A DNA stretch of 63,833 bases, counting the filler, from Craspedostauros australis (Eukaryota): assembly GCA_030167865.1 (NCBI GenBank). It is 10 parts of 10 records of this genome, joined end to end, with 100 filler letters (N's around TTAATTAATTAA, not from the genome) between each part and the next. Parts side by side here need not be neighbours in the genome. Positions count along the whole stretch, not along the records: positions 59,342 to 62,613 come from JALAGF010006346.1; positions 62,714 to 63,833 come from JALAGF010006523.1; 8 more parts are not named here. One strand, written 5' to 3'. The notes below the pieces were generated by a model, which made no database searches, was not told where the DNA came from, and saw only the letters and a list, made by a program, of their open reading frames with translations. The position numbers and the translations under genes are program-made. Positions within the stretch are counted from its first letter, which is position 1. The number at the start of each line of letters is the position of its first letter. This document shows positions 59,342 to 63,833 of the stretch, piece after piece.

Positions 59342-60691
59342 GCACTCCGTCTTCGTCATGCATCCCCTGCAGCCTTTGACACTGCCGCATCCACCAGGAG
59401 GGACGACGAGGTCGGTTCTCATCCTGTCACTGAAGCCCATTTTCTCGCATGACCCATCGGCGGCGCAACCGCCAGCACCAATGGTCAGGCTGCCTGCATA
59501 CTTGCCACCAGTCCCATGATTGACAGCGGAATGGGCATCCTTGCAGGCATTGCTGCCGACGCACGCGTTCGAACCAATATCGATGTGGCTGCGGAAGCGA
59601 AAAGATGGTGCTGATTGCTCCACACGACGGCCAGCGGAGTTGCATGCCTCTGACCCAATGCATGCTCCAGTCTGGATGGTGACATCGCCATGAGCACGGC
59701 GTCCCACTCCCTCACAAGATCGAGGGGTGGTGCATGCCATCTCACCAACGAAGGTGACTCCCGTGATGGACGGGTTGATCTCGTTCTCATTCATCAACTC
59801 GCATGCACTGTCTCCAGTGCAGGAGGAATCGAGGATGAGGGGATTGGGGCCCATATCTTTGCATGCGCTGTCGCCGGTGCATGCTGTAATGGCGATGGTC
59901 ATGAATGGAGGAGAGTTGGAGGCGGAACCGGTGACTGAAGTGCATCCCGAGGATCCTTGGCAGCATGGGTCTGCGACAACAGGCGATTGCATCGCCGCGA
60001 CGTCCGCACATACTGCCTTCATTGCGTCTGGTCGTTCGGTGACGAGAATCGCGTTAGTGGCAGCGACTAGGGTCAATTGGCCAGCAAGGATATCGCTGGA
60101 TGTATACTTGTTGAAGAGCTTGCGAGCGGCTCCTTCACCGAGGTCTCCTGCGCATCCAAAGAAGTTCTGCAATTGCTCGGATTCCTTGACGGCGGTCACT
60201 GCCTTGCGGCAGGATGGCTTGGTGGCATCGCAGATGATGGTCTTGGCGCTTGTCTCTTGTGGCAAGAGGACGGTGGTGCCGTCTGGCTTGCAAGAAACTT
60301 CGATGGCGGAGTCGAAGACGGCTGGGGGAGCTGATGGTTTGACAGTTGGTAGGAGAGTCGGTTGAGAGGTCGGCAAGGCAGTTGGCTGGGTGACAGGTGT
60401 CATCGAGGGCGATTCGGAACGCAAGTCGGTCGGCGGTCCAGTAGGCAATGCGGTTGGCGCGGTCGTTTCTGCAGCAGCCGGGTTTTCAGTGGGTGGCACT
60501 TGTTTGTTCTTGTTGCCCTTGTTGGTCTTCGTGTCGCCGTCGGCGTCCCTGAGGATGCGGGTCTTCTTCATCGTCGTATGGAGTTGCTCGGTTGGACCCA
60601 CGGGAGTCCTGTTGCCGCGGAGCACGGCGTCGACCGTTGCCATGTCGGCGAGAGCGAGAAAGACGACAAAAGATGCCTTGGTGTAGATCAT
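59342..60691 (-). CDS. Secreted Cys-rich/mucin-like protein (family member), 5' half only, cut at the contig end
   Basis: Signal peptide MIYTKASFVVFLALADMATVDA, then long stretches identical or near-identical to 318-1961. Confidence 0.85.
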
Positions 60692-61455
60692 GGTTGTTCG
60701 GTACTTGTTGGTTGGTGATTGATGGTTCAGGGTTGATCGTTGTTTGTTTGGTGTGATTGGTTGACAACTGGGATGGATTTATGAGATGAAGAGTTTGATT
60801 TGTTGGTTGTTCGGACCATTTTGTTTGCGTGTTCGATGTTGTGCATGAGGCAACATGGTACAGGAATGGCATGATGTCTAGGAGGCCATAGCTCCTCTGC
60901 AGCTGGGGCCTTCACAAACTCGAACCTTCACAACTGGCGACATCTGTCAGGAATCACAGGTACGATGAAACCGTGTGAAGATCAGCATCGTGTCAGTGGC
61001 ACACCACATGCAGATCAGCAACATGTAAGTGGCACACCAGGTGAAGAGAATTGTGCGAGTGGGACAATGAATGCAAAGTGTGAATACAAAAATGAAGAAG
61101 GGAATTTGTGCNNNNNNNNNNNNNNNNNNNNNNNNNNNNNNNNNNNNNNNNNNNNNNNNNNNNNNNNNNNNNNNNNNNNNNNNNNNNNAGTGAGTCGACC
61201 AACCGTTTGTAAAGTAGAGTGGCACTTTTTCTTCGATTACAACCAAACTAAGCATACCAACCTACTCATTATAGTGTCCATAGCAACAGAAAAATTACCC
61301 AGAATCTCAAAGTCCATAGTTTAGGTTTTATGGACCCGTCAATGTGCGCATTTTTGGACTACTCCTAAACTGGGCGATAGACATCCGACAAACTCGATCC
61401 AAAATAACGTGTTTGTGTTCTTGGTTTTGGCGAATTTGTTCACATTTTGAATTAA

Positions 61456-62613
61456 TTAGTCCTTATTTTGTTGCTCCATTTTCGCCATCAGTCTCCGTCT
61501 CATCCTCGCGCGAATCGCATCCCTCACTTCTTCCGGGACCCTGTCTTCGTTCTCCGCGTGCCTCCTGATGGTGTTGGCCTCACACCACATCCTATTCTCC
61601 CTTTCCTCTTCTTCCATCTCTTCCTCTTCTTCGCTCTTCTGCTGCTCTGCTGGCTTCGTACCTGTTGGATCCGCGACAGTTGCGGCTGTTGCTGTTGCTG
61701 TTGCAGGTGGTGATGGTGATGGTGATGGTGGTGACGGTGACGATGTGGATGCCATTTTTGTGTTGTTGTCGGTCGTAGTTGGTGCCGTGGCTGTTTTCTT
61801 TGCCGCGCGCTGTGCGTTGTTGTATGCTGCAGTCAAGTACGACTTTACGCGCATTGGACTTGCGTGCAACTGGATATACCAATCGGTCGCTGTTCCCTCC
61901 AGCTCCATCAGTCGACGGTGCGCTTCGTGTTCTGTTGGTCGATTTTTCGGGTCCTCTTTGGCTGCCGTGCTCATTTCATCCAATTTCTGCAGTACGTACC
62001 ATGGTAACTCCGCGTTGCTGCGCGTGGTTTTCACTGCCCAGCCCTTCACCGCGAGTCGAGGGATTTCTGCTTCCGCGGTCTGGTCTTTCAATTCTGCGGT
62101 GTGGTTGTGTGGCAGCTCTCCTTGTCCCATATTCAGTGCGTCGCGAAAGACGAGCGCTTTGCTCTCCACTGCAGTAGATCCGCGCTTTCGTGTCTTCTTC
62201 TTCTTCTTCGGCGATTCCGCGGTGAATGGTTCCTTTCCTGACGTGTGCGTCGCGATGGTGCGGATGCCCAGCTGGTTAATTTCCCATTCTTTCCATTCAG
62301 CGCACTGGACGAGAACATCGTCTGTGACACCAGATGCCGCCACCAAATTGGCCTCGTCTTCTCCAAACTTGATCTCGTGCGTTTGGCGTACCTTTTGGCC
62401 TTTCGCGCAGAAACGCTTCTTTGGCATGCCGGGGAAACTCACAACGCGCCCCTCCAGGCATTCTGCATCCACCAAAACCGTCGTTGTTCCTGCGATGTTG
62501 CCAGCTTCCAATGCGTCGAAAAGTTGGTGTTCCGTTTTGATGTCGTTGTCCTCCAGCACATACGCTCGCAACACAACAGTGATGTACGCAAAGTGCGTGT
62601 CAAGGCGGCCTTT
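61456..62613 (-). mobile_element. C-terminal part of a Sola-like (DDD) DNA transposase
   Basis: The frame is open from the gap: KGRLDTHFAY...YVLEDNDIKTEHQLFDAL..GNIAGTT (GKxxxD-like third-Asp region), plus a C-terminal GWAVK...VKSYL motif that I recall from Sola3-like proteins. Confidence 0.5.
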
Positions 62614-62713
62614 NNNNNNNNNNNNNNNNNNNNNNNNNNNNNNNNNNNNNNNNNNNNTTAATTAATTAANNNNNNNNNNNNNNNNNNNNNNNNNNNNNNN
62701 NNNNNNNNNNNNN

Positions 62714-63833
62714 CAAAACACCGTTGGAGTACTCCAAATATGGCGCGAAACAAAACAATTCGCAAAATCCAATCACACGTACACGAAGTCGCACATCCAC
62801 CCTCTCACGAAATCTCTGGAACATTTACCCCAAGCTTGGCATTGACTTGGCTTGCGGCAAAAGCCAGACTCAACCCTGTGATACTGACGCTCCTACACTT
62901 CTTTCTCTGCAAGGCCTCGCCTCCTTCTTCACTAATCGTCACGCTTTTGCATCTCCACAGAAGGCAGAAAACTGTCTCTCTCCCAACGCTCCATTCGAAT
63001 TGGTATGGGACAGTGGAGCTTCTATTTCTGTCACCAACGACCTCGATGACTTCTGCACCACCCCAAGTCTTCCACTGAAACCAACCTTTCTGAGTGGATT
63101 CCTCAAGAACATCCAAGTGAATGCGTTGGGGACAGTGGAATGGCATGTGCTCGACGTGCGTGGAAATCCACGCAAACTACGATTGCCCGCCTTCTATGTA
63201 CCCTTGTCCAAAGTGAAGCTCATCAGCACTTCGAGTCTCNNNNNNNNNNNNNNNNNNNNNNNNNNNNNNNNNNNNNNNNNNNNNNNNNNGTCCAAAGTGA
63301 AGCTCATCAGCACTTCGAGTCTCCTCGAAGAATACCCTGGAGAAACAATCGTCTTTGACAATTCTTCATGCAAGTTGAGCGGATTGGACGGGCACGAGGG
63401 TCGCAGCGCTGTTGTTGCCAACTACAAGAAGTCAACGAAACTACCAACTTCAGTTGGTTACAACTCGGACAACATCCACGACCTACCCAAAGCGCTCTCG
63501 TCAATTGTGTCAACCGTGTCAGACCACAACGTCAANCTCACTCAACCGCAAAANGAGCTTCTCCGCTGGCACTACCGCCTCGGGCACTTATCCTTCAACA
63601 GAGTGAAATTCCTTCTACGTTCAGGTGTTCTCACTGGATCCGAAGCATCCCGAAAAATGCACACCGCAGCCGCCAAAGTCATCGACCTCCCTCTTTGTGC
63701 CGCATGTCAGTTTGGAAAGTTACACCGGCGCCCTTCGCCAGGTATAACCCAACATGTCGTGCGTGACAAACAAGGTGTGTTGCGAACCGACCACCTGTTC
63801 CCAGGCCAACAAGTGTCAGTAGACCACTTCGTC
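62714..63833 (+). mobile_element. Ty1/Copia pol fragment (protease, gag-pre-integrase, start of integrase)
   Basis: VWDSGASISVTNDLDDF, GTVEW, AFYVP...LIS, ELLRWHYRLGHLSF...CAACQFGK and PGQQVSVDHFV. The frame is absent from the ORF track, apparently because it runs off the window. Confidence 0.9.

Overview
Eukaryotic DNA, very likely from a diatom: it contains a silicon-transporter (SIT) sequence, diatom-type Copia gag/pol, GT-AG introns and PS-repeat cell-surface proteins. The window is not one locus. It is ten unrelated contigs joined by an artificial N44-TTAATTAATTAA-N44 linker, so neighbourhood across linkers means nothing, and several short duplications flanking ~50-N gaps look like assembly or haplotype artefacts. 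One gene-dense scaffold (33.5-57.1 kb) carries two tandem STAND-like AAA ATPase paralogs, a CCX/NCLX cation/Ca2+ exchanger, CSN5, a large uncharacterised coiled-coil protein and a divergent topoisomerase VIB-like gene. The small contigs are rich in mobile elements and pseudogenes: a SIT pseudogene with nested candidate LTRs, a tyrosine-recombinase gene preceded by a higher-order array of 72-bp palindrome-containing repeats, PIF/Harbinger-type, piggyBac and Sola-like transposases, two Copia fragments, an ankyrin-BTB gene, and three members of a Cys-rich/mucin-like secreted protein family. The best candidates for novel biology are the recombinase plus repeat array, the GHKL-intact TopoVIB-like gene that seems to lack H2TH, the ankyrin-BTB receptor with hypervariable repeat surfaces, and the mosaic STAND pair. 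All family assignments are by eye from motifs; no searches were run.
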